Origin: Leptogorgia sarmentosa
Lineage: Eukaryota
Direction of reading: 5' to 3'
NCBI GenBank assembly: GCA_964658305.1
Contig: OZ210885.1
Span: 15,872,001-15,936,000, forward strand
Length of the DNA: 64,000 nt
The translations under genes were made by a program, and so were the position numbers. How positions within the stretch are numbered: position 1 is the first letter of the stretch; the number at the start of each line of letters is the position of its first letter. Of this stretch, positions 48,401 to 60,910 are shown piece after piece. Below the pieces are notes generated by a model. The model saw only the letters and a program-made list of their open reading frames with translations. It was not told where the DNA came from and made no database searches.

Positions 48401-49541
48401 ATTGGCGCCGACCCAGTGGCAGATTTTTCCAGGTTGCATTGAGTAAGAAGACCTTCGGCACGCCTGGATAGTCAGCCAGAATCCGCAGCTACGGAATTGG
48501 GAAACATTGCCACCTTTTATCGCACAGAATTTTTCAAGTTCATCGATCAGTTGTGTGCCACGTTGATGGAAAAAGGCGATTCCCTCAAAGATACGTTTCA
48601 GCCCTTCCTGAAATTGCTGAATCCAGAAGATCCCGGGACGGTGGAAGACGTGCAAACATTGATAGCCATGTTTCCGTCAGTGTTCTCGCAAGATTCAAGT
48701 GCAGCAATTCACAGCGAATTGACCGTATTTTTTGAGTTCGCGACAAAGGAGCATAAACGAGAACAAGATCAACGCCAGGCAGAAGGACTGGAAGCAAAAC
48801 CGATGAGCCATACAATTGCTGCAAACATCGCTCTTCGTACAGCACAAAACCATGGTCTCTCTTGCTAGTTGCCAAGCTTTACAAGTTGTTTTTAACAGCC
48901 GCTCCGGCCGTTGTTAAGAACGAGCGATCGTTTAGTTTGCTAAAGATTGTGAAAAGCTATTCGCGTAACAAGATATCCGCAGAACGTCTCAATGACTGTA
49001 TGATTCTTGCTGCAGGAAAGGATGTCACTGACACACCGTCGATACTAATAAATTGGCAAAAAAGTGGTCCATCTTGAAAAAGCGACGACTGCAAATGGAT
49101 TGAGAACACTTTGCCAAGTTTAAGGGCCATGCTTCTGGCTAGCTATAAACACGATACGTCAGTTCATCTAGCATCTAAACTTGGCTTTTGAACGTTTTGG
49201 CAGAGGACACATGTAAATAATATCTCCGCTTAATGATCTACTACACTATAGTCATAGATATAAAATTTTTACATTATGAATCAAACATACATTATTTTAG
49301 ATTCTTAAATACATGTGGGTTGTGGGCTATGGGTTGTCTCTTTTTTAAAATATTTTTAACAGTGTTGAAATACTTGTGTTGAGTACTTAATTTCTTGGAA
49401 TGTCGTGGGAAATATGTTAGGGACGCATGGGTCACCAGAATTACCTAGCTAAATTTTCAGGTAAATTCCACTAATATTTTTTCAAATCAGGTAAAAATGT
49501 GCATACACCCCCCCAACTTCGAAGTGATCGCTACGTCCCTG
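45411..49541 (+). mobile_element. Complete hAT transposon (Tip100/ZMYM1-like), 4131 bp, in a HECT intron
   Basis: TIRs CAGGGACGTAGCGA / TCGCTACGTCCCTG; perfect 8-bp TSD ATGACATG (45403-45410, 49542-49549). Confidence 0.96.
45782..49103 (+). pseudogene. hAT transposase, lightly damaged
   Basis: 5' exon CLRC...HQQSKH; TTF-type finger WFQDYPYLEYS..AYCFVC; YLSPQSQNE; MADTTPDVSHNDQLSV; TYDSTASM; CTPH; TRW; NERSFS. TGA at 48440 and frameshifts near 48865 and 49035. Confidence 0.92.
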
Positions 49542-52297
49542 ATGACATGTGTTAAATAGAATTGCCCATTAAACACCACTACTGCACCAGCTACTGCACA
49601 TGTAAAATTTAATTGCTCTTAATGTTTTAAAGAATTAATCATTTTTATAACACATACATACCTGTATAATTTGGGAAGAGTGTTCGGCATTGTGCTGGTC
49701 CAACAAAGATCCCAAAATTTTCATTCACTGATTTTACTAACAGTCGAAGATATTCCCATTGAGGGCCACCTGCATCAACTGCCCCTTCACTATAACCATC
49801 ATCGTCAGCAAAACGGACTGATAGTCTTGCTCGCGGGTTGAACTTTTTCTTTCCAATGAGTCTACAGGAATCCTCCAAAATTGCACTTCTGCGAACATTT
49901 ACTAGTGATATTCCACAATTATCTGCACACTCCAGCATATTATCTTTGATGTTCTGTAATACTTGTACCAGTGGTATAACACTGGAAGTCGTATAGAGCG
50001 TATGATCATACAAGATGACGACACAAAGTGTAAAGTACAAATGGATTTTGATCATTGTTGTAATTATATTGCTTTAACCAAAATGATAAAAAAGAATAAA
50101 ATGTTAGTGTAACACTGAAACACTTTTTAATATAATATATCATTCCCCCCATATTACTTCTATTGAGATCTTAATCTTCATTAGTTGAAAACCCATCTGC
50201 ACCAATATTGGTGTCTTTTTGATCACCAGACAAAATTGCATCTTCTTCCACCAGAGATATATATGAGCTAAAATAAACATTAAAAAATGAGTTCTATATC
50301 AGAAAATTATAGTAAAATATTAAAAATTAAATTTAATATTTAAATATTAAATTTAATACCATGAATATTAACACAACAAAATAACACATCTGAAGGCTTA
50401 TAACAGTAACAAGAAAGCCTTGTGGATTCGGTTTCTTGACTGACCATATGTATGTCAATAAAGTACATTTCTATGCACCATGCAGACATCTGAGTTTAAT
50501 TTGATCATGAGAATTAATAAACACCATTCATTGTTAGATATATTAGTGATGGTACTTATTTTGTTAATTAAATAAAACATATATTATTATTTAATAATTT
50601 ACCTGAAAGACCCTGACATAACTACTGCTACTGCTGAGACTCTGGCTACCACTGCTACATGTAGATAAATAACCATTCTGTAGTGAGCTTACAGGTCGTG
50701 ATCTAGACGGTTCAGAAAAAGTGTATGCTGAGATATCTTATACAAATTAGAAACGTCACTGTTTACAATTAACCTGATCAAATATGTGAACAGTACTCTA
50801 CAAACATACTAACTATAACTAACACTAAATGTATGGGCCAAATATTGAATACCACATCATGACAAGGTTGTACCAAATATTTTTCTACCAGTCAGTTACC
50901 CTAATGGACTGGTCAAAAAGTTATGACCCTCCCACTCTCTCCACTTAGGGTACAGTATATAGGGTACTAAAAACGTAAACTCCTTTACTTAACAAATTGG
51001 GGGAGAGCACATATAATATTTTGACTTTATAAACATTAAAGGAATAGCTCTGTTGTGTTTTATATGTACTTGATCCCAAAGAAATCACAATCAAAATGCA
51101 TACCCTATCACTCAAGATTTCAAAACAGTGAAACGTTTCTTATCCTCCCTGAAGAATTCCAGGCAAAAATTAACCTCCCACTCCAGGCTCCTTGATAGCA
51201 GGGGGTTCAGATATTAAATGGAATGTCATTAACTTTTAATATAAAACGCTATAAACAAATAACGTTATTTAATATAATTCAATTTTGTCAGGACAGATAC
51301 CTTTGATGTGTTACTTCTGGTAATTGCAGCAGAAGTACTAGGTTCCTCTGTACCAAGAGAGTGAATTACAGACTCGCTGCCAAAATCACATCCGTCACTT
51401 CATTTCCATTATCATTGTTCAAAAGATGTCTCTGTACAAGGTACAATGTTATGCGGTTAAACGTTTTGCCAATGTCTTCTTTGTATTTGTCCAGCTGAAA
51501 TATTTGAGTTGGTTGTCCAGGTAACGTTAGAACTAGAGTGCCATCAGGATAGGCCAAAGTGTAGTCTTCGTTTGGATCAAAATTTCGGTCATGTGCAGAA
51601 TGCTTGTCCACGGCTTTACTCAACAATGGTACTTTACGAATATCTGAAAGGACACGAACCATCATCGCCTTTCTTTTAATTGATTTAAGAACTCCATTGA
51701 CTAACTTCATCAATCCAACATTTATCATGACCTCCGTGCTACCAACTGCTTCATTCTTCTTCACTTTTTTGTTTGTATTTATTTGTTCTTGTCGCTGAGA
51801 AGACAATCGCTTACGAAATTGATCGAAAGTTTGTACTTTCTTCTCGATATTCTTCTCACTAGGTTTCTCAGTTTCCTTTTGGATTAGTTCTTCAACTTGC
51901 ACCTGTTTTCCACAATTGTGACAGAAATTAAATTCTTGTAAATTGACTACCCCACATCTAATACATTTCATGTTGAAAACAAAATCGGTGCTTGAAGAAA
52001 ACTCTAATATTGGCGGGAAACAAGATTACACGCTTTCTATATCTATGGCCTGGAATTGCATACTGGAAGTACTTCATGTAACATATATTTCGTGTTTCTC
52101 CCAGATATGGACAAAGGGTATAGATATGGTATAGATAATTAAAAAGTGCCGGAAAATTTTTACCAACTGTAATAAAAGCATTAGTTGGCAGGGTCCCCAG
52201 AGCATTTCTGGGGCCGTGGGAAAATTCCCTATTAGGCCCTCTTTCTGGTCCTCCTCCCAAAATTCCATTTCGCAGGCCCTCCTAGCCTGCCCGAGGC

Positions 52298-52845
52298 AAA
52301 CCAGCATACAAACCAGATAACGAATCATTATCGTCTCTCCGAAGGAAACACTGCACTGTCAATTCCTTAATAGATTCTAAAAAGAACGAGGCAATAATAT
52401 GCGGATCATTGTTACTTTTGGTCAGTTTGAGTCAGATAATTCTACGACTGAATCCATCAATACAGCCATGTATCGGAAACCCATAGGGCTTAAGTTTGTC
52501 ATAGCCATCAGAGTGCCAGCAATAATTGGGACCGGGGTTGGTATACTGTTGCCTTTTCAGACGATGAGCTTTTCTTTGCTGGGTTCCCACTGGATCAAGC
52601 TCAGGCAAAAGAACTTGAACAACTGATCTTGGGACGTTAACGCCTTATTTTGAATGTAAAATACGCCACATCGATCGGTAACCAAGTATTGAACCAGAAC
52701 CATGTAGCTCTCTCGATATGCATTCTCGAACAATTTCTTGATCAACATTGCGATCTCTTCTACGGAGCTGATACGCATTTAAACGATTTAAAAGCGTTCT
52801 TTTTGTAATTCGAATTATAGTTTCTTCTTGCTCAGCATCCGCCAT
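52298..52845 (-). pseudogene. Fourth integrase fragment (5' half), close relative of the unit-3 integrase
   Basis: MADAEQEE..RTLLNRL...GYRSMWRIL...GPNYCWHSDGYDKLKPYGFPIHGCIDGFSRRII. Nucleotide match to 38230-38358 and 43098-43290 in inverted orientation. Confidence 0.9.
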
Positions 52846-52925
52846 TAAGTGTTAAATAATTTGGCGGGATTTTTGTGTATCTATGTTAAAACTGGTCAGC
52901 GGTTCGATTCATTAATTAACATATT

Positions 52926-53160
52926 TGTGTGTTGTGTTATGGTTTTGTGTATTGTGTTTTCGTGTGTTGTGTTTTGGTGTTGTGTATTGTGTTGTGTTTT
53001 GGTGTGTTGTGTTTTGGTGTGTTGTGTTTTGGTGTGTTGTGTTTTGGTGTGTTGTGTTTTGGTGTGTTGTGTTTTGGTGTGTTGTGTTTTGGTGTGTTGT
53101 GTTTTCGTGTATTGTGTTTTGGTTTTGTGTATTGTTTTTTGCTTTTGTGTGTTGTGTTTG
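52926..53160. repeat. 15-bp tandem repeat (GTGTTGTGTTTTGGT)n, possibly a subterminal array of the IS3EU-like element
   Basis: About 15 units, perfect in the centre and degenerate at the edges, directly upstream of the integrase start. Confidence 0.9.
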
Positions 53161-53161
53161 C

Positions 53162-54150
<989 letters not shown>

Positions 54151-54739
54151 TAGGAGGAACAGTTCTGCATTGTTCATGTTGATCTGCCATACTATTAATA
54201 TATGCAGCCAGTGTATGAACATCAACAAGTGGCAACAGTTTCCCACAGGCTGTCACTACCTGGATGATACTGAGTGAACGCCTTGTCTTTATTACTTGAA
54301 ATGTCAAATCTCTTTGTATGGAAACTAGAACTGTTGCTGCTCATTGGTGTCTTACTGTTCAATTACCAGTGATTTTAGGCCAACAAATTCCATTTCCAAC
54401 ATGCTCTGACACAAATTAGGGGGGTTTAGTACAATTCAAGTACTGTATGCTAGCAATTTAATTAAGACAACTAAGAGCTAATGCTTTGAAAAGTTATATA
54501 TAATAGCTAATGCTTTTGATAAATGATACTTCATTCATCAAAGTAAATTATTATAGTGATCTTTATAAATTCTGTCCAAATGCCAGGGTTCTTTTTTTTT
54601 AATAATAATAAATGCTTTATTTGTATAATTGCTCTGGTATTACAGAGCGTTTGACTAATAAAGGAAGTAGGAAAGGTTAAAGGTAAATTATTTACAAAAT
54701 TTTTTATATTCTATATAAGGTTCAATGATAGTGAAATAA

Positions 54740-55001
54740 TGTTAATTAGTGTTCAGAAACTAATTACATATATGAACGAAACGTAATAAGAAATAAAAAG
54801 TAATGTTAATTAGTGTTCAGAAACTAATTACATATATATATATAAACGAGAAAGGTAATAAGAATTATATATATACTTTGTGAATTACATATATGAACGA
54901 AACGTAATAAGAAATAAAAAGTGATGTTAATTAGTGTTCAGAAACTAATTACATATATATATAAACGAGAAAGGTAATAAGAAATATATATATACTTTGT
55001 G
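54740..55001. repeat. AT-rich tandem duplication (~120-bp unit with ~63-bp subunits)
   Basis: TGTTAATTAGTGTTCAGAAACTAATTACATATAT occurs three times; AACGAGAAAGGTAATAAGAA...ATACTTTGTG occurs twice. Confidence 0.85.
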
Positions 55002-55134
55002 GAAGAGTTGGAGAGATTGGAGAGTAAGATTTATAGTGGATATAAAGATTGGTGGTTTTAAGGGCTGTTATCTCTGATATTGAAGCACCTCGAGATGTTT
55101 TGAGAAGATATCTGTTAACACAGGATCACATGCG

Positions 55135-56620
55135 ATGTGTGTCTTGACACTCTTGCTGAAAGGGGGATTAAACCAAACGATATTGCGTTGCCTATTTCTG
55201 CGTGTTTGTGGTGCTTGATTCATGTATTCAAGCTTGTGTGATCGAAATTGCTGTGCCTTAGTGTGTTTTGGTAAGCAGGAGCACTTTCATGGAATGTGTG
55301 CTCATCTGATGAGAGTGTCGAAATGTGCTTGTTGATCGATGTGGGGAGTTGTCTTATGATGCTTGGTGGGTGGTTGAAATGTTTGTTTATGTATAGTGGA
55401 TCGTCATTATGCTTTCTATAGGGCTTAAATTTTCCATTGTTAAGATCGAAAGTGACATCTAAGAAATTTACTACATGCAAATTTGCCTCAGCTGTTATTT
55501 TTAAACCAAACTTGTCGAAACATTTATGGAGTTCTTTCCTGGTTTTATCTGCCAAACGCGCTGGTTTGCTTTTCATGGTAGCCAATCCATCATCTCTGTA
55601 TAAACCGATGTTTTCTTTGCCAAATTTCCCCCCTAGATCGTTTGATATGAAAAGGCCTACAAGTTCAAAAATTTCAGCTCCGTCGTAACTACCCATGGTT
55701 ATGTCAAATAAGCTGTTGGTGTCTTTTTTTTATCCAAGGTTTTCCGTCATTGAAAAGTAGTGATTTCCTAGCGTGTTTTATTATTGAAATGTCATCCTTT
55801 GATATGTGAGCCAAATTGGAAGCCCAAGATAATGCTTGGTCCAGTAAATTTTCTGATATCGATGGGTAGAAATCAACTATGTCAAACGAAATGAAAGTGT
55901 GCCTATGTTTTTCTTTGATGTTGCCAAACCACTCTATAACGTTTTGGGTGTTTTGCCATTGGTTTAGGTTCAAAATTTTCCTCAAATTGCGATTGATTTT
56001 GTCAAGGATGGTCTTACTCAGTTTTCCAGATTCGCTTTTTGCGGGGTTGATTAGTCAGCATTTTGGGTTGTTTTCGAAATTTTCTTTGTGGTCTTTGAAT
56101 GAAATGTTCTGTTCAATCCGGTCGCCAATTCCTAAATTCTTCGAAATGTGTTTTAGTTCGTTGTCGATTTCCAAAATTGTGCCTTCTGATCTGTGTTTGT
56201 ATGTTTTTGTGATGTTGTCATGCATGAGCTTGTTATATGCGTCCAGCAATGTTTCATGAATATTTCTAGCTTTGTCAGCGAAAACGAAAATGTTCGGGGA
56301 CGAATTAAGTTTCTTTAAATCAATTTGCCAAAGACTTTTGAAATTGATTTTCCGTGGTTTGAAATTTAATGTTTTCAATTAGGTTAATAACGTCATTCTC
56401 GAAAGGTTTCATTTCTAAAATTGTGGGAGGTGTTTTGTTGGAAGGAAGATCGAAACAGTTGTTTTGTTTGGAAATTTTGTCTCCTTTTAGGAAAAAATGA
56501 GCTTTCCATCTCATGCGTTTCAGTACACTTTTAACTTTTTCAATCAAATTTCTCAAATAAACTCCTGTGATGGCATAGGAATGTTTTTCAATGAATAGTC
56601 GAATCGAAATTGTCTCGTGT
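55135..56620 (-). pseudogene. Penelope-like element RT, 3'-truncated before the GIY-YIG domain
   Basis: KRMRWKAHFF, ADKARN, SFDIVDFYPSI, MGSYDGAE, GLYRDDGL, NFLDVT, NHPPSII and WFNPPFS. Confidence 0.9.
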
Positions 56621-57275
56621 TTTAAGGTGAAATGTATATTTTCAAAACGAGAGTGCACAACCAATATACAGGTGCAAATATACAATAAAGTTTTGATTAA
56701 CGAAATTCCAAAAGAGTGCTCGATACCATATAGAGCAAATAGTATAGTTTTGCCTCAAAAAGGTTATCTATCGGTTATTATCTTTCGAAAGAAATACCTA
56801 GTAAACAACCTAAACAATGGAAGGAATGCATGCATTGTTTGACGCCCATGCCCACATTTCCAACTCAAAACACTTATAAGCAGCAAACGTTTCGAAATTT
56901 GTCAGCTATCTGATATCTACATAAACAAATTTACAGCAACATTCTAAACGTTATTATAAAGTATAGTCTATAGACATTGCTACCTGATCATCGTCTGGCT
57001 TCCTCAAAAAAATGTAATGTGATCATTTACATTGTTTCTTTAAAGCTTTTTTCCAAAATAATAATCTGTTTGAATTCATTCATATTAATGTAAAATAATA
57101 GGATAGTATTTTTTTAATAAATAGATTGAAAGAAAGAGAATTGATCTAAATGTAATCGGCCGAGATACATAAATGTGTTAAGTACACAGAACTGTCATGA
57201 CAACGATCCGAATGGAAATTTTCATTCATGGATGGATGGATGGATGTGGGTCCATTAATCATCATCAATGATATC

Positions 57276-57364
57276 ATGGTTTTACCAAAAAATCTACTGT
57301 CCTTATACTAGCATATATGGTTTTACCAAAAAATCTACTATCCTTATACTAGGATATATGGTTA
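57276..57364. repeat. 41-bp tandem duplication
   Basis: ATGGTTTTACCAAAAAATCTACTRTCCTTATACTAGSATAT occurs twice. Confidence 0.85.
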
Positions 57365-57503
57365 CTGAACTCTACTGATATATACTATATTAAACAATTA
57401 TTGAATGAGGCCAAGTAGGATATGAGGAATTATTATATGGGAATGTATGACTGTGATGACACGCTAGAGTAGCTAAGACGATTAAAGAGTTTTCTATTTG
57501 TAA

Positions 57504-58697
57504 CTACTTATTTATCATTGCTATTGTGCTTGGGAAGAAGCTGTTTTTGAAGCGTTCTGTTCTACACTTGTATAATGATAAGTCGTTTGAATTCCTGGTA
57601 TTGTGTTGGTGAGCAGTTGCTCTGGTTTGCAATACGTGTTCCTTTAGGGGGCCATGTTTAATAATTTTTTCCAAAGATTTTACACAGATTGTGTTTCGTC
57701 TATTGTCTAATCTTTTGCAACCCGCCATCACCAATGCTTCGTTGTAGGGATGACCAGGAAATATAATACGCATTGCTCGCTTTTGTAGACCTTCCAATTC
57801 GTCAGAATGATATTGAGGCAACGAATTACTCCAAACTTCGCAACTATATTCCAAAATCGAGCGAATCAGGGCGGAATATATTTTAATGAGGTCAGCTGGT
57901 AGGATGCCGCTCTGTTGCAAAATTCTCAGGATGTGCAAACGTTTGGAACCTTTCGCGATTATGGATCGAATATGTTTGTCCCATTTCAGATTGTTTTGAA
58001 TGATTAAGCCTAATGCTTTGTGGGATTCAACTATTTCTAGTTCACGTCCTGCGATTGTTAAGGGTTGGAGTTCGACGGACCTTTTTAGGTAGCATATTCT
58101 AAGTTCTTTACATTTTATTGGGTTAAGAATCATCCAATTGTTGGAACACCATGATTCGATGAGGTTAAGGGTTGGTTGAGTAGCTGACGGTATATTCATA
58201 GTAAGGTGTTTGGACACTGTGCAATCATCTACAAACTTCCACATTTTTGTATCAGGTGAGCTTATCTTCAAATCGTTAACCATGACGAGGAATAAAATAG
58301 GGCCTAGTTTGGTTCCTTGGGGGACCCCAGCTGTCACAGGGAGCCAATTAGAAAGTGATCTACCAATTTTTACTCGTTGTCTTCGGTTTGTTAGGAAATT
58401 AATTATCCATGGAATAAGAGATCTTCTAACACCCAGGTCGATCAGTTTGTCAATAAGAATATTATAGCCGATTCGATCAAAGGCTTTCGAGAAGTCCAAA
58501 AAGCAGATGCGAATATGTTTATTCTGTGAATCAAGGTGGGATAACCAAGTATGGATCATGTCAAGGAGACAGTAAGTAGTCAATAGGCCTTTTAGGCAAC
58601 CGAATTGGCAAGGGTCGATCTTCCCGTTTAGGTCATCCAACATCCATCTGACCACAAAGTCTTCCAGGACTTTAGATAGGCCTGGGGCTACGTGCAA
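57504..58697 (-). pseudogene. 5'-truncated CR1-group LINE RT (open 397-aa frame)
   Basis: LDFSKAFD, GVPQGTKLGPILF, KFVDD, LIRSILEY and TERFKNSFFP. Confidence 0.92.
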
Positions 58698-58699
58698 AG

Positions 58700-59132
58700 A
58701 GACCGAGATGTGCTTTTACTGCCATCTAAATCCGACGAAGTGTCTTGCCGTTCACTTGAGTTTTCTGGTGAGCTGACACTGCTATTCCGCTCATTACTGG
58801 ACATTTTTGCTCCGTATATTCATACAATTATATAACTTTTATCTTACATTCAGAAAACCTTTACATTCCGAAAAAAATCGAGAAAAGTCACAGACAATAC
58901 CGCAAGCGCAATAGAATCTATAGAGAAAGCTTCGAGACGTGTTCAACTTATGACGTCACACGCGTCAATATGGCGGATCCAAAAGTTCGCATGCGAAGTC
59001 GCACTTTGAGGGCAAAATTAGTCAGCTTGCAGTCAACGTACAGTGCTCATTTATATATCAAAATTCATCTAAAATCCTAAATATTGTTTAAAGCGAAAAA
59101 AAAGGGGTCGAAAATTTCGTTTCAGTGGCACT
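58700..59132. mobile_element. Kolobok-like non-autonomous element end
   Basis: Ends ...AAAATTTCGTTTCAGTGGCACT|TTAA; non-coding; left boundary set only by the LINE junction. Confidence 0.45.
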
Positions 59133-59139
59133 TTAAGTT

Positions 59140-60740
59140 GTAATCGACATAATAATCTGACAGTTCCTCAGTTCTACACGAGTGAAGTAGATGAGCAGTT
59201 TGTGCTTCAACAGCTACTCTCCTTAAAGCGAAATAAGGCGATTAGTTTGGACAAAATAAGCGCACGCTTGCTTAAGAGCTCAGCACATACGATTCCTCTA
59301 TCAGTCACCAAATTATTAAACTTATCAATTCGAACTGGTAGATTCTCTAATCTTTAGAAATGCTCAAAAATCACGCCGTTGTTTAAGACGGGCGACAGAA
59401 CCAATACATCTCACTATAGACCGATCTCTATTTTGCCTATTCTCGGCAAGATACTCGAGAAGGCCATCCACTTACAACTGTACCAGCATTTTGTTAATAA
59501 TGAGCGATTGTCAAACAAACAGTTTGGTTTCAGAAAGGGTTTTTGTACTGAATCCACTTTGACTAACTTTGCTGATGAAGTTCTTCTGAACATGGAGAGA
59601 GGGGTAAGCTGTGCGGGGTTGTGTTTTTAGATCTAACTAAAGCCTTTGACACGGTGGACCACATCTGGGAACTCCCTTAAATGGTTTCAATCTTACATCA
59701 CCGAAAGGAGACAGCGTATGTGCTGTGAGAATGAGTTGTCTAGCGAATTACCAGTTACACACGGGGTTCCTCAAGGGAGTATATTAGGACCCCTATTATT
59801 TCTCATCTACATTAATGACTTGAGCAACGTTTCAGAATCTTGCTCTGTGTCATTTTATGCAGTTGACACCATGATTTACTATTATGGAACATCATCCGAG
59901 GAATTAAGTGAGATGTCAAACAGAGATCTTCTATCAGTAGCAAAGTGGCTGAATGATCATAAATTAACTCTGAATTTGGAGAAAACTAAATGTTTACTCA
60001 TAGGCAGTAATCACTAAAGCAAAGTTTCTCTAACAGTATCGATTGTAGATCATAAAGTGGAAAATGTCCGTAGTTTTAAATACCTGGGAATTATTATATC
60101 AACTGATTTTACGTGGACAGAACATGTTGAAAACATTGCTAAAAAGATTAACCAAAGGCTGGGTCTCCTGAAACGCATTAAACATTTATTGCCATTTAAA
60201 TTGCGTCTCCTTTATTAAAGTAGTATTGTTATGCCTTTGTTTGATTATGCTGATTTAGTGTAGGGAGATAAGCACAACTCAACCTTAATGTGTAGTTTAC
60301 AGGTACTTCAAAACAAAGCTGCTAAACTAATATTAGACAAACCTCTTCACTCATCTGCATCGGATGCTTTAGCCACGCTTAAGTGGGTGTCGCTAGAAAA
60401 AAGACGCTACCAAAGGAGATGTGTTTATGTGTATAAATGTCTAAATGGACTTATACATCACAATATAAACTTGTTAAAACATGAAGATCAACATACGCAT
60501 AATACTAGAAATAAGGAGAAGCTGAGACTTGCCAGTACAAAGAGGCAATGGGGTCAACAAAGGACTGCGTATCATGCCATTAAAGATTTCAATTTATTGA
60601 ATCGGGACATCAAACGATCATCGATCAAACGCGAGATTTTAAAATTATACTAGTTTTGTTTGTAAACATATGTAATAGATTTCATCTAAATTGTTATTTT
60701 AGCTACTTATGTATCATAATTTTTTTCTTGTATCTTTGAC
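59140..60740 (+). pseudogene. Decayed L2/Crack-like LINE RT with short 3' tail
   Basis: YRPISILPILGKILE, QFGFRKG, GVPQGSILGPLLFLIYINDL, YAVDT, LNLEKTK and LQNKAAK. Confidence 0.92.
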
Positions 60741-60910
60741 TGAACACGTTGGGAAATTTATACGGAAATTTTTGCCAAATGACGCCCACAATTAAAAGAA
60801 GGAAAAAAGAATCACTTGGCAAATATGTATTACTTCATTTAAGATGCTGTGAAAGGTTCACAACGTTCGCCATTTTTGTTTTGATGAAAAGTGAAAAGTA
60901 TATTAAAAGC

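Larger units (their letters stand above)
44163..51971 (-). pseudogene. HECT (G2E3-like) E3 ligase gene with introns and N-terminal zinc ribbon (unit 3)
   Basis: Exon 1 MKCIRCG...FCHNCG...YPDG...LPG...ITLYL. Later exons give VNVRRSAILED...VRFADDDGYSEGAVDAGGPQWEYL (49660-49990), YRTAGVLIAWSIAHEGP (~45020-45190) and VLVFITGANVPPPLGF...FPTANTCSTTLHLP (catalytic Cys). Stops and frameshifts are present. Confidence 0.88.

Noticed and set aside
13156..51971. HECT genes as the host G2E3 orthologue
   Set aside because: No N-terminal PHD/RING cluster, multiple decayed divergent copies, each paired with an integrase.
56600..57000. Hammerhead ribozyme near the Penelope fragment
   Set aside because: No CTGANGA...GAAA core with supporting stems was found by eye.
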